UHGV virus genome: UHGV-0168719
Direction: 5' to 3' (one strand)
Source: a virus
Length of the DNA: 19,923 nucleotides
A program made the translations under genes and the position numbers. The notes beneath the pieces are model-generated. The model was not told the origin of the DNA and made no database searches. It saw only the letters and a program-made list of their open reading frames with translations. Of the stretch, positions 1-7,634 are shown one piece after another; positions within the stretch are counted from its first letter, which is position 1; every line of letters begins with the position of its first letter.

Positions 1-104
1 AAAAAAATATTATATATAGGGAGATCAAATACAACGGTTTACTTGTTATGATGCAAACATTGGTTAGTTAGTGAGATACATCGCCATCAATTGGGTAACT
101 TTAC

Positions 105-320
105 CCGTGGAAAGTTAACGCTTTCTAACATTTACCCCGCGCAACGCCCCTGCCAGCGACAAGAGTCACAGGATCAGGCGGTATGGCGTATGGGTATTCG
201 AACCCTTTGGGCGACCAAGGGTTCGTGGAGCAGGGGGCTAGTGCTGTTCAATCTCATCCTTATGAGGGCGAACCATAGTGTTGGAGCAGACATATCGTTT
301 GCACACTATGGGCATAAGGA
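105..320 (+). ncRNA. Candidate structured non-coding leader, possibly a retron msr/msd-like ncRNA; boundaries approximate
   Basis: GC-rich island inside AT-rich DNA directly upstream of the HTH-RT operon. Hairpins seen: gaaag-ttaacg-ctttc (110-125); cgaaccctt / aagggttcg 9-bp stem (199-207 with 217-225) enclosing tgg-GCGA-cca (GNRA loop); ctcat-cctt-atgag (252-265); ccatagtgt / acactatgg 9-bp stem (273-281 with 302-310). Direct repeats tggagcag (226-233 and 283-290) and gggcga(a)cca. The overlapping 91..483 track ORF starts at TTG with no RBS. No a1/a2 inverted repeats or long msd stem found. Confidence 0.3.
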
Positions 321-327
321 GCAAATC

Positions 328-483
328 ATGAAGAATGATAAATTAACCAACGAACAGCAGGCGCAGAACAAGTCAAACCTGAAAAAGTGGGCTGGTTATG
401 TTTGGAAATTAATCAAATGGGGTATTAGACTGTTTGATTTAGCCACTCGAGCACTGGACTACTTTGAAGGGGGTGATGAGTAA
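328..483 (+). CDS. Small hypothetical protein (51 aa), first ORF of the RT operon
   Basis: ATG at 328 preceded by a consensus AAGGAG (316-321) with 6-nt spacer; product MKNDKLTNEQQAQNKSNLKKWAGYVWKLIKWGIRLFDLATRALDYFEGGDE has a polar N-terminus then a W/K-rich amphipathic segment. No family recognised. Confidence 0.45.
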   Translation: MKNDKLTNEQQAQNKSNLKKWAGYVWKLIKWGIRLFDLATRALDYFEGGDE

Positions 484-519
484 TGCGTCCTCCCTAGTTT
501 CAATAGCATGGAGTTGCCT

Positions 520-840
520 ATGTTACACAGAGCCCTTCGTTTAATAAGGCAATACCATAAAGAGTCATTGGTTGATTTATCAACATCTTTAGGTATTCCA
601 AAAGAAAAAATAGTAGAACTCGAAAGTGGGGTTTGGTCGCCTACAATTGATGTTTTACAGCGTTACGCCTCCCATTTCGATATGCCGGTATCTTCTTTAG
701 TATTTTTTTCAGAATCGTTAGGTACGCAGGGGCGTTTATCTAAGCGTTTCCGTTTAAATTTAGCTGGTAAAGTATTAGATGTTATTGAGTGGGCGAATAA
801 GAAAAATGAAAAGACGAATAAAACTCAAAATTTCCACTAA
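520..840 (+). CDS. XRE-family (Cro/C1-type) helix-turn-helix protein, about 106 aa
   Basis: LRLIRQYHKESLVDLSTSLGIPKEKIVELESGVWSPTIDVLQRYASHFDMPVSSL fits the XRE HTH pattern. GGAG (510-513) sits 6 nt before ATG 520; the track's ATG 508 has no RBS. Stop TAA 838-840. Confidence 0.75.
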   Translation: MLHRALRLIRQYHKESLVDLSTSLGIPKEKIVELESGVWSPTIDVLQRYASHFDMPVSSLVFFSESLGTQGRLSKRFRLNLAGKVLDVIEWANKKNEKTNKTQNFH

Positions 841-1756
841 AAATAAATCTTACGATATAATTGATTCGCCGTTTTATAAAATGAGAAGTAAAAGGAAATT
901 GGCTTCTTTATTGGGGGTTGATGTAGGGGATTTATCAACCTTAAAAAAAGATGAAGGCAATTATTCTATTTTTGAACAGTTATCTAAAAACGGAAAGCCA
1001 CGTAAGATACAAAAACCATTAGAAAAATTAGATGTGGTGCATACTCGTATTGCAAGTCTGCTATCGCGAATTACCTTGCCAGATTATCTACATTCTGGAA
1101 AGAAGGGATGTTCTAATGTTACTAATGCTAAAATCCACCTTAATAATGAAAGGTTGATGACAACCGACATCAGGGCTTTTTTTCCATCAACTACTAGAGA
1201 AATGATATTTTCATTCTTTTTTTCTGTTATGAAGATGTCATCTGATGTTGCGGATGTATTATCGTATATATGTACTTGCTATGGGCGTTTGCCTACAGGT
1301 AGCAGGATTAGTATGCCTCTTGCATATTTTGCAAATTCAAGAATGTTCGGAGAAATACACCAACTTTGTAATAAACTACACGTAAATATGTCTGTTTATG
1401 TTGATGATCTAACTTTTTCAGGACAAAACGTTAATAGACTATTTTGTTCAGTGATTCGCAAAATAATAAATAAGCATGGTCATGTGATGCATGCGGATAA
1501 AACAAAAATTTATAGTAGAGAAAAGCCTAAGTTGGTAACAGGTGTTATTGTTTTGGGCGGTTCTTTAAAAGTCAGGAATAAGCAGCATCTTTTAATGTCT
1601 CAAGAAATTGAATATTGGAAAATGATAAAGGATGCAGCGTGTGCAAGAGAAACTCATACTGCCAAAAAGTTATTTGGACGATTGCATTCTATGGGGGTAA
1701 TTGAACAACGTTATAGATCAAAGGTGCTTACATTAAAAGCAAGTACTGCACTTTAA
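806..1756 (+). CDS. Reverse transcriptase, retron-type (about 316 aa from ATG 806; alternative starts 779 or 881)
   Basis: RT motifs in the translation: F..K.G..R.I..P...L...H.RI (fingers), NAKIHLNNERLMTTDIRAFFPS, YVDD catalytic motif (nt 1397-1408), and the retron-characteristic VTG motif KPKLVTGVIVLGG (nt 1535-1543). Size fits retron RTs rather than the larger Abi-type RTs. Start 806 gives an N-terminal length like Ec86 and overlaps the HTH gene by 35 nt in another frame; 881 gives no overlap. Confidence 0.85.
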   Translation: MKRRIKLKISTKNKSYDIIDSPFYKMRSKRKLASLLGVDVGDLSTLKKDEGNYSIFEQLSKNGKPRKIQKPLEKLDVVHTRIASLLSRITLPDYLHSGKKGCSNVTNAKIHLNNERLMTTDIRAFFPSTTREMIFSFFFSVMKMSSDVADVLSYICTCYGRLPTGSRISMPLAYFANSRMFGEIHQLCNKLHVNMSVYVDDLTFSGQNVNRLFCSVIRKIINKHGHVMHADKTKIYSREKPKLVTGVIVLGGSLKVRNKQHLLMSQEIEYWKMIKDAACARETHTAKKLFGRLHSMGVIEQRYRSKVLTLKASTAL

Positions 1757-1807
1757 TACAGGTTCCTGTAAGTGATTATATTGTTCTTAAGATACTTACT
1801 GATGTTA

Positions 1808-1838
1808 TTTCCCCGTAGCCTTAATTTCTGCGGGGAAG
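1808..1838. terminator. Possible hairpin between the convergent RT and FRG genes
   Basis: tttccccg (1808-1815) pairs with cggggaag (1831-1838) across a 15-nt loop, inside the 108-bp convergent intergenic region; the loop is large and there is no clean U-tract. Confidence 0.25.
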
Positions 1839-1864
1839 TATGGAGATATTTTGGTTATGGAATG

Positions 1865-3229
1865 CTAATTTTTTAATGTGTATTTTTCTGTGATTAGTTT
1901 CATTGTTCTTTCCAATCCTAAATATACAGTGGCATCAGTAATATTGAGCACGGCAAGTTCTTTTAAAATTTTCTTTTTGTCTCTGATGTTTATTTTTTCT
2001 GTCTTAAAGTTGTATGGTGAATTATCTGCCTGATCGTTGGATATCTCAGGAAAAACGGCGTTATTACCGAATAATAAAAAGGCACCGGATTGAGATGATA
2101 TTCTTTCATTATTTATCCTGCTTTTTACAAAAATTATCTTTTCCAAATCATCTGGATTTATTATGCTTTGAAAATATGGTTTTTCATGCTTTATGGATTC
2201 TAAGAGTTTAAGGCAAGCATGAGAGTTGTTAAAATCATTATTTCTTTCTTCGAAAGAAAGCTTGTCTTTCATGTCTTTTGATAGCATGCATAAATTAGAT
2301 ATGCAACTGACAGTGTCGGAATCGAAAAATTTAATGTTCTCTCTGTGTGTTTTAAATATTATTACTTGACCATCGATATCGTTTTTGTCGGAATTTATAC
2401 TACTGCATGCAAAATAAAGTGCAATTAATGGATTTGATGTGATGTCAAGTAAGCGAGTAGGTATGCCATAATGTTGCATTCTTACAAGTTTATCAAGCAT
2501 TGATGTATCATCAATGAATTCTGAGGGTCTTGCGCTCAATGCTTCTTTAACAAGGTTGATTTCATTATGTAGAAATTTATAGTTCCCATTTTCATATTTT
2601 CTGAAAAGAGATGGTGCAAGTTCATAAGATGAATCTGAATGACCCCTGTAAAAAATCTCCTCATCCATATCTGCTGTTATATGGAGAACTTTTTCAATAA
2701 ATTCTTGTAAACTATTTACGGTTAATAATGTGCTATCTTCGTCTGGGAGAGGCGCTGGACTGCTATCCACTTGTGCATTTTGGTTAATACCAAATGTCTT
2801 AAGGATATCATCTATATTTTTGTCTTTTATGGCCCAGTGTGTTCTTTTAAGGCCATAAGTTCCGAGTTCTAAACTGCTTTCAACACTTTTGGCGTCTGAT
2901 ATTTTGATTTCATTGTGTGTATGGGTGATTGCAAATTGGAAGTTGATTTCTTTTCCCTTAATGTGAATATTTGAAATTCTTCCAATTCGTATGTCGACAT
3001 AATAAGGTTTTGCTCCCTCTATTTGATAAGCTTCACTCATGAATATTGTTGGGAGTTTTTCAAGATAAGATAGTACATTGCTGCTTAATGGGGATAGTTT
3101 TTTGCGAATACCATCGGAGGTGTTTTCAAACATTCGTGATAAAAGAAATGAGAATTCTCCATTATTTTGGCTGAATGGTTTCCAGTGGTCGTAGTGGTCG
3201 GGAAAACCACCCATAATTAAATTAATCAT
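1865..3229 (-). CDS. FRG-domain protein (454 aa) with an unassigned ~190-aa N-terminal region
   Basis: Central region carries the FRG-domain signature: EEIFYRGHSDSSYELAPSLFRK ... LVRMQHYGIPTRLLDITSNPLIALYFAC ... ERISSQSGAFLLFG (roughly nt 2070-2655). AT-rich gene convergent with the RT operon; ATG at 3229. Confidence 0.8.
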   Translation of the reverse strand: MINLIMGGFPDHYDHWKPFSQNNGEFSFLLSRMFENTSDGIRKKLSPLSSNVLSYLEKLPTIFMSEAYQIEGAKPYYVDIRIGRISNIHIKGKEINFQFAITHTHNEIKISDAKSVESSLELGTYGLKRTHWAIKDKNIDDILKTFGINQNAQVDSSPAPLPDEDSTLLTVNSLQEFIEKVLHITADMDEEIFYRGHSDSSYELAPSLFRKYENGNYKFLHNEINLVKEALSARPSEFIDDTSMLDKLVRMQHYGIPTRLLDITSNPLIALYFACSSINSDKNDIDGQVIIFKTHRENIKFFDSDTVSCISNLCMLSKDMKDKLSFEERNNDFNNSHACLKLLESIKHEKPYFQSIINPDDLEKIIFVKSRINNERISSQSGAFLLFGNNAVFPEISNDQADNSPYNFKTEKINIRDKKKILKELAVLNITDATVYLGLERTMKLITEKYTLKN

Positions 3230-3512
3230 AATTACCTGTTCATCTGATGTAGGTGTAGGAATGCTTGTTGTTTGTTATGGTAATGTTAACGCTTGTTGGT
3301 GGCAACTACTATTACTACTTGCTGTTAGAGCTAAGACATTTTTTGATTGCTTGTAATGATAGCGAGCCTTTAACTAACTGGGATTTTGAAAAAATAAATG
3401 AATTGTCAATTTCCTGAGATTTTTATTACTGCATTCATTAAGTGCATTTTTTTGCGTGTGTTAGTTGCCATGCTTTTCCATGTTTGTTACCAGTGTTGAT
3501 GCGGTTACTGTG

Positions 3513-3534
3513 TTTTAATGCAATTGCATTAAAA
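3513..3534. repeat. Perfect 22-bp palindrome ttttaatgcaa/ttgcattaaaa, 19 bp left of cos
   Basis: Exact dyad read directly from the sequence; function unknown (packaging-site element, protein-binding site or hairpin). Confidence 0.5.
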
Positions 3535-3553
3535 GCGCCCTATGAAGCGGGCG

Positions 3554-3572
3554 GGCGAGGCGGGGAAAGCAC
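3554..3572. other. cos cohesive-end site (P2-type 19-nt sequence ggcgaggcggggaaagcac)
   Basis: Matches the P2 cohesive-end sequence as I remember it, and the flanking sequence up to the end of Q also resembles the left end of the P2 genome. From memory, not a database check. Confidence 0.6.
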
Positions 3573-3712
3573 TGCGCGCTGGCGGTGGTGCGGATTTTAT
3601 TTTTTCAGCGTCTGAGCGCGTCGTGAAGGCGTTTACTTGGCCTGCTAGGGCGTTGGTGTGTCTGCGGGGTGTTTTGTGCGGTGGTGAGCGTGTGAGGGCG
3701 TGATGACGGGGT

Positions 3713-3736
3713 GTAAAAAAGCCGCCCGCAGGCGGC
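3713..3736 (-). terminator. Rho-independent terminator downstream of Q (end of the P-Q operon)
   Basis: On the minus strand: gccgcc-tgcg-ggcggc hairpin followed by TTTTTT, beginning 6 nt after the Q stop codon (3742-3744). Confidence 0.65.
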
Positions 3737-3741
3737 GATGT

Positions 3742-4776
3742 TCAGCCGTTGTCAGTGTCCAGTGAGTAGTTTTTAAAGCGGATGACCTCCTGGCCGAGCC
3801 AGCCGTTTATTTCCCGAATCCTGTCCTGTAACGGGATTAGCTCATTGCGGACAAAGACCTTTGCCACTTTCTCAATATCACCCAGTGACCCGACGTTCTC
3901 CGGCTTGCCACCCATCAACTGAAAGGGGATGCGGTGTGCGTCCAGCAGGTCAGCGGCGCTGGCTTTTTTGATATTAAAAAAATCGTCCTTCGTCGCCACT
4001 TCACTGAGGGGGATAATTTTAATGCCGTCGGCTTTCCCCTGCGGGGCATAGAGAAACAGGTTTTTAAAGTTGTTGCGGCCTTTCGACTTCACCATGTTTT
4101 CGCGAAGCATTTCGATATCGTTGCGATCCTGCACGGCATCGGTGACGTACATGATGTATCCGGCATGTGCGCCATTTTCGTAATACTTGCGGCGGAACAG
4201 CGTGGCCGACTCATTCAGCCAGGCAGAGTTAAGGGCGCTGAGATATTCCGGCAGGCCGTACAGCTCCTGATTAATATCAGGCTCCAGCAGGTGAAACACG
4301 GAGCCGGGCGCGAAGGCTGTCGGCTCGTTGAAGGACGGCACCCACCAGTAAACATCCTCCTCCACGCCACGACGGGTATATTTTGCCGGTGAGGTTTCCA
4401 GTCTGATGACCTTACCGGTGGTGCTGTAACGCTTTTCCAGAAACGCATTACCGAACACCAGAAAATCCAGCACAAAGCGGCTGAAATCCTGTTGTGAAAG
4501 CCACGGATGCGGGATAAATGTCGAGGCCAGAATATTACGTTTGACGTAAATCGGTGAGCTGTGATGCACGGCAGCACGCAGGCTTTTTGCCAGACCGGTA
4601 AAGCTGACCGGCGGCTCATACCATCTGCCGTTACTGATGCACTCGACGTAATCCAGAATGTCACGGCGGTCGAGTACCGGCACCGGCTCACCAAAGGTGA
4701 ATGCCTCCATTTTCGGGGCGCTGGCGGTCATTTTTTTTGCCGCAGGTTGCGGTGTTTTCCCTTTTTTCTTGCTCAT
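3742..4776 (-). CDS. Q: Portal protein
   Basis: 344-aa translation (MSKKKGKTPQPAAKKMTASAPKMEAFTFGEPVPVLDRRDILDYVECISNGRWYEPP...) matches the P2 Q protein as remembered; the start ATG overlaps the P stop as ATGA. Confidence 0.95.
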   Translation of the reverse strand: MSKKKGKTPQPAAKKMTASAPKMEAFTFGEPVPVLDRRDILDYVECISNGRWYEPPVSFTGLAKSLRAAVHHSSPIYVKRNILASTFIPHPWLSQQDFSRFVLDFLVFGNAFLEKRYSTTGKVIRLETSPAKYTRRGVEEDVYWWVPSFNEPTAFAPGSVFHLLEPDINQELYGLPEYLSALNSAWLNESATLFRRKYYENGAHAGYIMYVTDAVQDRNDIEMLRENMVKSKGRNNFKNLFLYAPQGKADGIKIIPLSEVATKDDFFNIKKASAADLLDAHRIPFQLMGGKPENVGSLGDIEKVAKVFVRNELIPLQDRIREINGWLGQEVIRFKNYSLDTDNG

Positions 4777-6548
4777 CAGTAAAACTCCAGAATGGTGGAT
4801 GTCAGCGGGGTGCTGATACCGGCGGTGAGTGGCTCATTTAACAGGGCGTGCATGGTCGCCCAGGCGAGGTCGGCGTGGCTGGCTTCCTCGCTGCGGCTGG
4901 CCTCATAGGTGGCGCTGCGTCCGCTGCTGGTCATGGTCTTGCGGATAGCCATAAACGAGCTGGTGATGTCGGTGGCGCTGACGTCATATTCCAGACAGCC
5001 ACGGCGGATAACGTCTTTTGCCTTGAGCACCATTGCGGTTTTCATTTCCGGTGTGTAGCGGATATCGCGCGCGGCGGGATAGAACGAGCGCACGAGCTGG
5101 AACACGCCGACACCGAGGCCGGTGGCATCAATACCGATGTATTCGACGTTGTATTTTTCGGTGAGTTTGCGGATGGATTCAGCCTGAGTGGCAAAGTCCA
5201 TGCCTTTCCACTGGTGACGCTCAAGTATTCTGAATTTGCCACCGGCCACCACCGGCGGTGCCAGCACCACGCATCCGGCACTGTCGCCACGGTGTGACGG
5301 GTCGTAACCAATCCAGACCGGGCGTGAGCCGAACGGATTGGCGGCAAACGGCGCATAGTCTTCCCATTCTTCCAGCGTGTCGACCATGCAGCGTTGCAAC
5401 TCCTCGAACGGGAACACCGACGCCTTGTCGTCAACAAATTCACACATGAACAGGTTTTTAAAATCGTCGGCGCTGTTTTCGCGTTTGAGTTGCTCAATGT
5501 CGAACAGCGTGCAGCCGCCTTTCAGGGCGTCCTCAATGGTGACAATCTGCCGCCACTGGCCGTCCGCACAGAGAAGCCCGCTGGCAAGGGCGTTATGACT
5601 GACGTCGATTTCCACACGTTCGGCGGCGCTGGCACGTCCCCGGTTGAACAGTTCACCTGACCAGAACGGGTAGGCGTCGTGCGCCAGCGTGGACGGGGTG
5701 GAGAAATAGGTCGAGCGCAGGTGACTCTGTGAGGCCATACCTGATGCCACCTTACGCAGTACCTGAAAATTCGGGATCCAGAAAATCTCGTCGACGTACA
5801 GGTCGCCGTTATGGCTCTGCGCGGTGTTGGAGTTGGTGCCGAGAAAAATCAGTTTTGAGCCGTTATTGCCCAGGACAATCGGGTCACCGGTCAGGTCAAC
5901 GTCAACCAGCCGGGCAAAGGCGATGATGTATTCGCGGAACACATACGCCTGCGTTTTACTGGCCGACAGAAAAATCTGGTTATGACCGGTTTTCAGGGCG
6001 CGCAGCAGCGCCTCGCGGGAAAAATAAAACGTTGCGCCAATCTGGCGGGATTTCAGGATATCGCGGATGCGGTGCTCAAGCCCGGCGCGATACCAGTGCA
6101 ACTGATAGTCGAAAGACTGCTCAAAGAAAATCTGCTCCAGCTTTTCGATGGCCTCGTCACTGAAAAAATTCTTTTTCGGTTTGCGACGCCCGCCTTTGTT
6201 GCGGTTAGCGACGTTCGGATTAAGGTCTGCCTCGTTGCCGGTCTGACTGTAGCGGTTTACCCGTGCCAGTCGTTCAATCTGGCGTCCGAGCAGGTCAATT
6301 TCCTTGAAGTCACCACCGGTTTTCTGCGGTTTGATAATGAGCTGGGTCAGTCGCGCTTCCAGACTCATTTCGACACGGCTGATGGGGGCAACGCTGTCCC
6401 AGCCGTCGCGCTGTTTCCAGCTCTGCACCGTCGGGCGTTTCATCTGCAACATGGCGGCAATCTGCGGCACGGAAAACCCCTGCCAGTACAGCAGCGCCGC
6501 CTGACGACGCGGGTCGTGTAAAAGAGTGGTGTCTGTGGTGATGGTCAT
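4776..6548 (-). CDS. P: Terminase large (ATPase) subunit, 590 aa
   Basis: Translation from MTITTDTTLLHDPRRQAALLYWQGFSVPQIAAMLQ matches P2 P; start set at the ATG at 6546-6548 rather than the longer track ORF start at 6578. Confidence 0.93.
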   Translation of the reverse strand: MTITTDTTLLHDPRRQAALLYWQGFSVPQIAAMLQMKRPTVQSWKQRDGWDSVAPISRVEMSLEARLTQLIIKPQKTGGDFKEIDLLGRQIERLARVNRYSQTGNEADLNPNVANRNKGGRRKPKKNFFSDEAIEKLEQIFFEQSFDYQLHWYRAGLEHRIRDILKSRQIGATFYFSREALLRALKTGHNQIFLSASKTQAYVFREYIIAFARLVDVDLTGDPIVLGNNGSKLIFLGTNSNTAQSHNGDLYVDEIFWIPNFQVLRKVASGMASQSHLRSTYFSTPSTLAHDAYPFWSGELFNRGRASAAERVEIDVSHNALASGLLCADGQWRQIVTIEDALKGGCTLFDIEQLKRENSADDFKNLFMCEFVDDKASVFPFEELQRCMVDTLEEWEDYAPFAANPFGSRPVWIGYDPSHRGDSAGCVVLAPPVVAGGKFRILERHQWKGMDFATQAESIRKLTEKYNVEYIGIDATGLGVGVFQLVRSFYPAARDIRYTPEMKTAMVLKAKDVIRRGCLEYDVSATDITSSFMAIRKTMTSSGRSATYEASRSEEASHADLAWATMHALLNEPLTAGISTPLTSTILEFY

Positions 6549-6721
6549 GAATACCTCGCCGTGATGAATACACGGCAAGGCTACTGAGTCGCGCCCTGCG
6601 ATTCGCTAAGGTGCTGTTGTGTCAGTGATAAGCCATCCGGGACTGATGGCGGAGGATGCGCATCGTCGGGAAACTGATGCCGACATGTGACTCCTCTAAT
6701 CACTATTCAGGACTCCTGACA
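6549..6721. promoter_or_regulatory. Divergent late-promoter region between P and O
   Basis: Positional: 173-bp intergenic region between divergent late operons, as in P2. No perfect TGT-N12-ACA dyad was found here, so precise elements are not assigned. Confidence 0.4.
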
Positions 6722-7576
6722 ATGGCAAAAAAAGTCTCAAAATTCTTTCGTATCGGCGTTGAGGGTGACACCTGTGACGGGCGTGTCATCAGTGCGCAGG
6801 ATATTCAGGAAATGGCCGAAACCTTTGACCCGCGTGTCTATGGTTGCCGTATTAACCTGGAACATCTGCGCGGCATCCTGCCTGACGGTATTTTTAAACG
6901 TTATGGTGATGTGGCCGAACTGAAGGCCGAAAAGATTGACGATGATTCGGCGCTGAAAGGCAAATGGGCGCTGTTTGCGAAAATCACCCCGACCGATGAC
7001 CTTATCGCGATGAACAAGGCCGCGCAGAAGGTCTATACCTCAATGGAAATTCAGCCGAACTTTGCCAACACCGGCAAATGTTATCTGGTGGGGCTGGCCG
7101 TCACCGATGACCCGGCAAGCCTCGGCACGGAATACCTGGAATTCTGCCGCACGGCAAAACACAACCCTCTGAACCGCTTCAAATTAAGCCCTGAAAACCT
7201 GATTTCAGTGGCAACGCCTGTTGAGCTGGAATTTGAAGACCTGCCTGAAACCGTGTTCACCGCCCTGACTGAAAAGGTGAAATCCATTTTTGGCCGCAAA
7301 CAGGCCAGCGATGACGCCCGTCTGAATGATGTGCATGAAGCGGTGACCGCTGTTGCTGAACATGTGCAGGAAAAACTGAGCGCCACTGAGCAGCGCCTCG
7401 CAGAGATGGAAACCGCCTTTTCCGCACTTAAGCAGGATGTAGCTGACAGGGCGGATGAAACCAGCCAGGCATTCACCCGCCTGAAAAACAGCCTCGACCA
7501 CACCGAAAGTCTGACCCAGCAGCGCCGCAGCAAGGCCACCGGCGGTGGCGGTGATGCCCTGATGACGAACTGCTGA
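6722..7576 (+). CDS. O: Capsid scaffolding protein, 284 aa
   Basis: Translation from MAKKVSKFFRIGVEGDTCDGRVISAQDIQEMAETFDPRVYG matches P2 O; length exactly 284 aa from ATG 6722 (the track ORF starts upstream at 6656). Confidence 0.92.
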   Translation: MAKKVSKFFRIGVEGDTCDGRVISAQDIQEMAETFDPRVYGCRINLEHLRGILPDGIFKRYGDVAELKAEKIDDDSALKGKWALFAKITPTDDLIAMNKAAQKVYTSMEIQPNFANTGKCYLVGLAVTDDPASLGTEYLEFCRTAKHNPLNRFKLSPENLISVATPVELEFEDLPETVFTALTEKVKSIFGRKQASDDARLNDVHEAVTAVAEHVQEKLSATEQRLAEMETAFSALKQDVADRADETSQAFTRLKNSLDHTESLTQQRRSKATGGGGDALMTNC

Positions 7577-7634
7577 CCGTCGTCAGTCAGTCCGGGAAAA
7601 CCTTCACGATTAACCCTTAATTTCAGGAAAAACT

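Noticed and set aside
44-71. Sigma70 promoter for the RT operon (ttgtta, 16-nt spacer, tagtta)
   Set aside because: The -10 candidate is a poor match to TATAAT, and the upstream region is cut by the window edge.
195-230. tRNA-like fragment (ttcgaaccc / gggttcg resembles a T-arm)
   Set aside because: No complete cloverleaf, anticodon arm or acceptor stem could be built; it lies inside the prophage, not at an attachment site.
91-483. Full 130-aa track ORF starting at TTG 91
   Set aside because: No RBS at 91, and the upstream two-thirds coincides with a GC-rich hairpin-rich region; the internal ATG 328 has a perfect AAGGAG. Only the 51-aa version is called.
17-497. Possible retron a1/a2 inverted repeats (tagggag at 17-23 with ctcccta at 490-496)
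   Set aside because: Only 7 bp, about 470 bp apart, and spanning the small ORF; indistinguishable from chance.
779-1756. Abi-P2-type (abortive infection) RT, which is known from P2-like prophages
   Set aside because: Abi-type RTs are much larger with C-terminal extensions; this protein is ~316 aa and has the retron VTG motif.
2014-2211. 65-aa plus-strand ORF inside the FRG gene
   Set aside because: Antisense shadow ORF within a well-supported gene; no RBS.
3934-6578. Many plus- and minus-strand ORFs overlapping Q and P (e.g. 3934..4392, 4215..4694, 4848..5297, 5042..5497, 5982..6521)
   Set aside because: Shadow ORFs in GC-rich coding DNA; Q and P translations match P2 proteins and fully explain the region.
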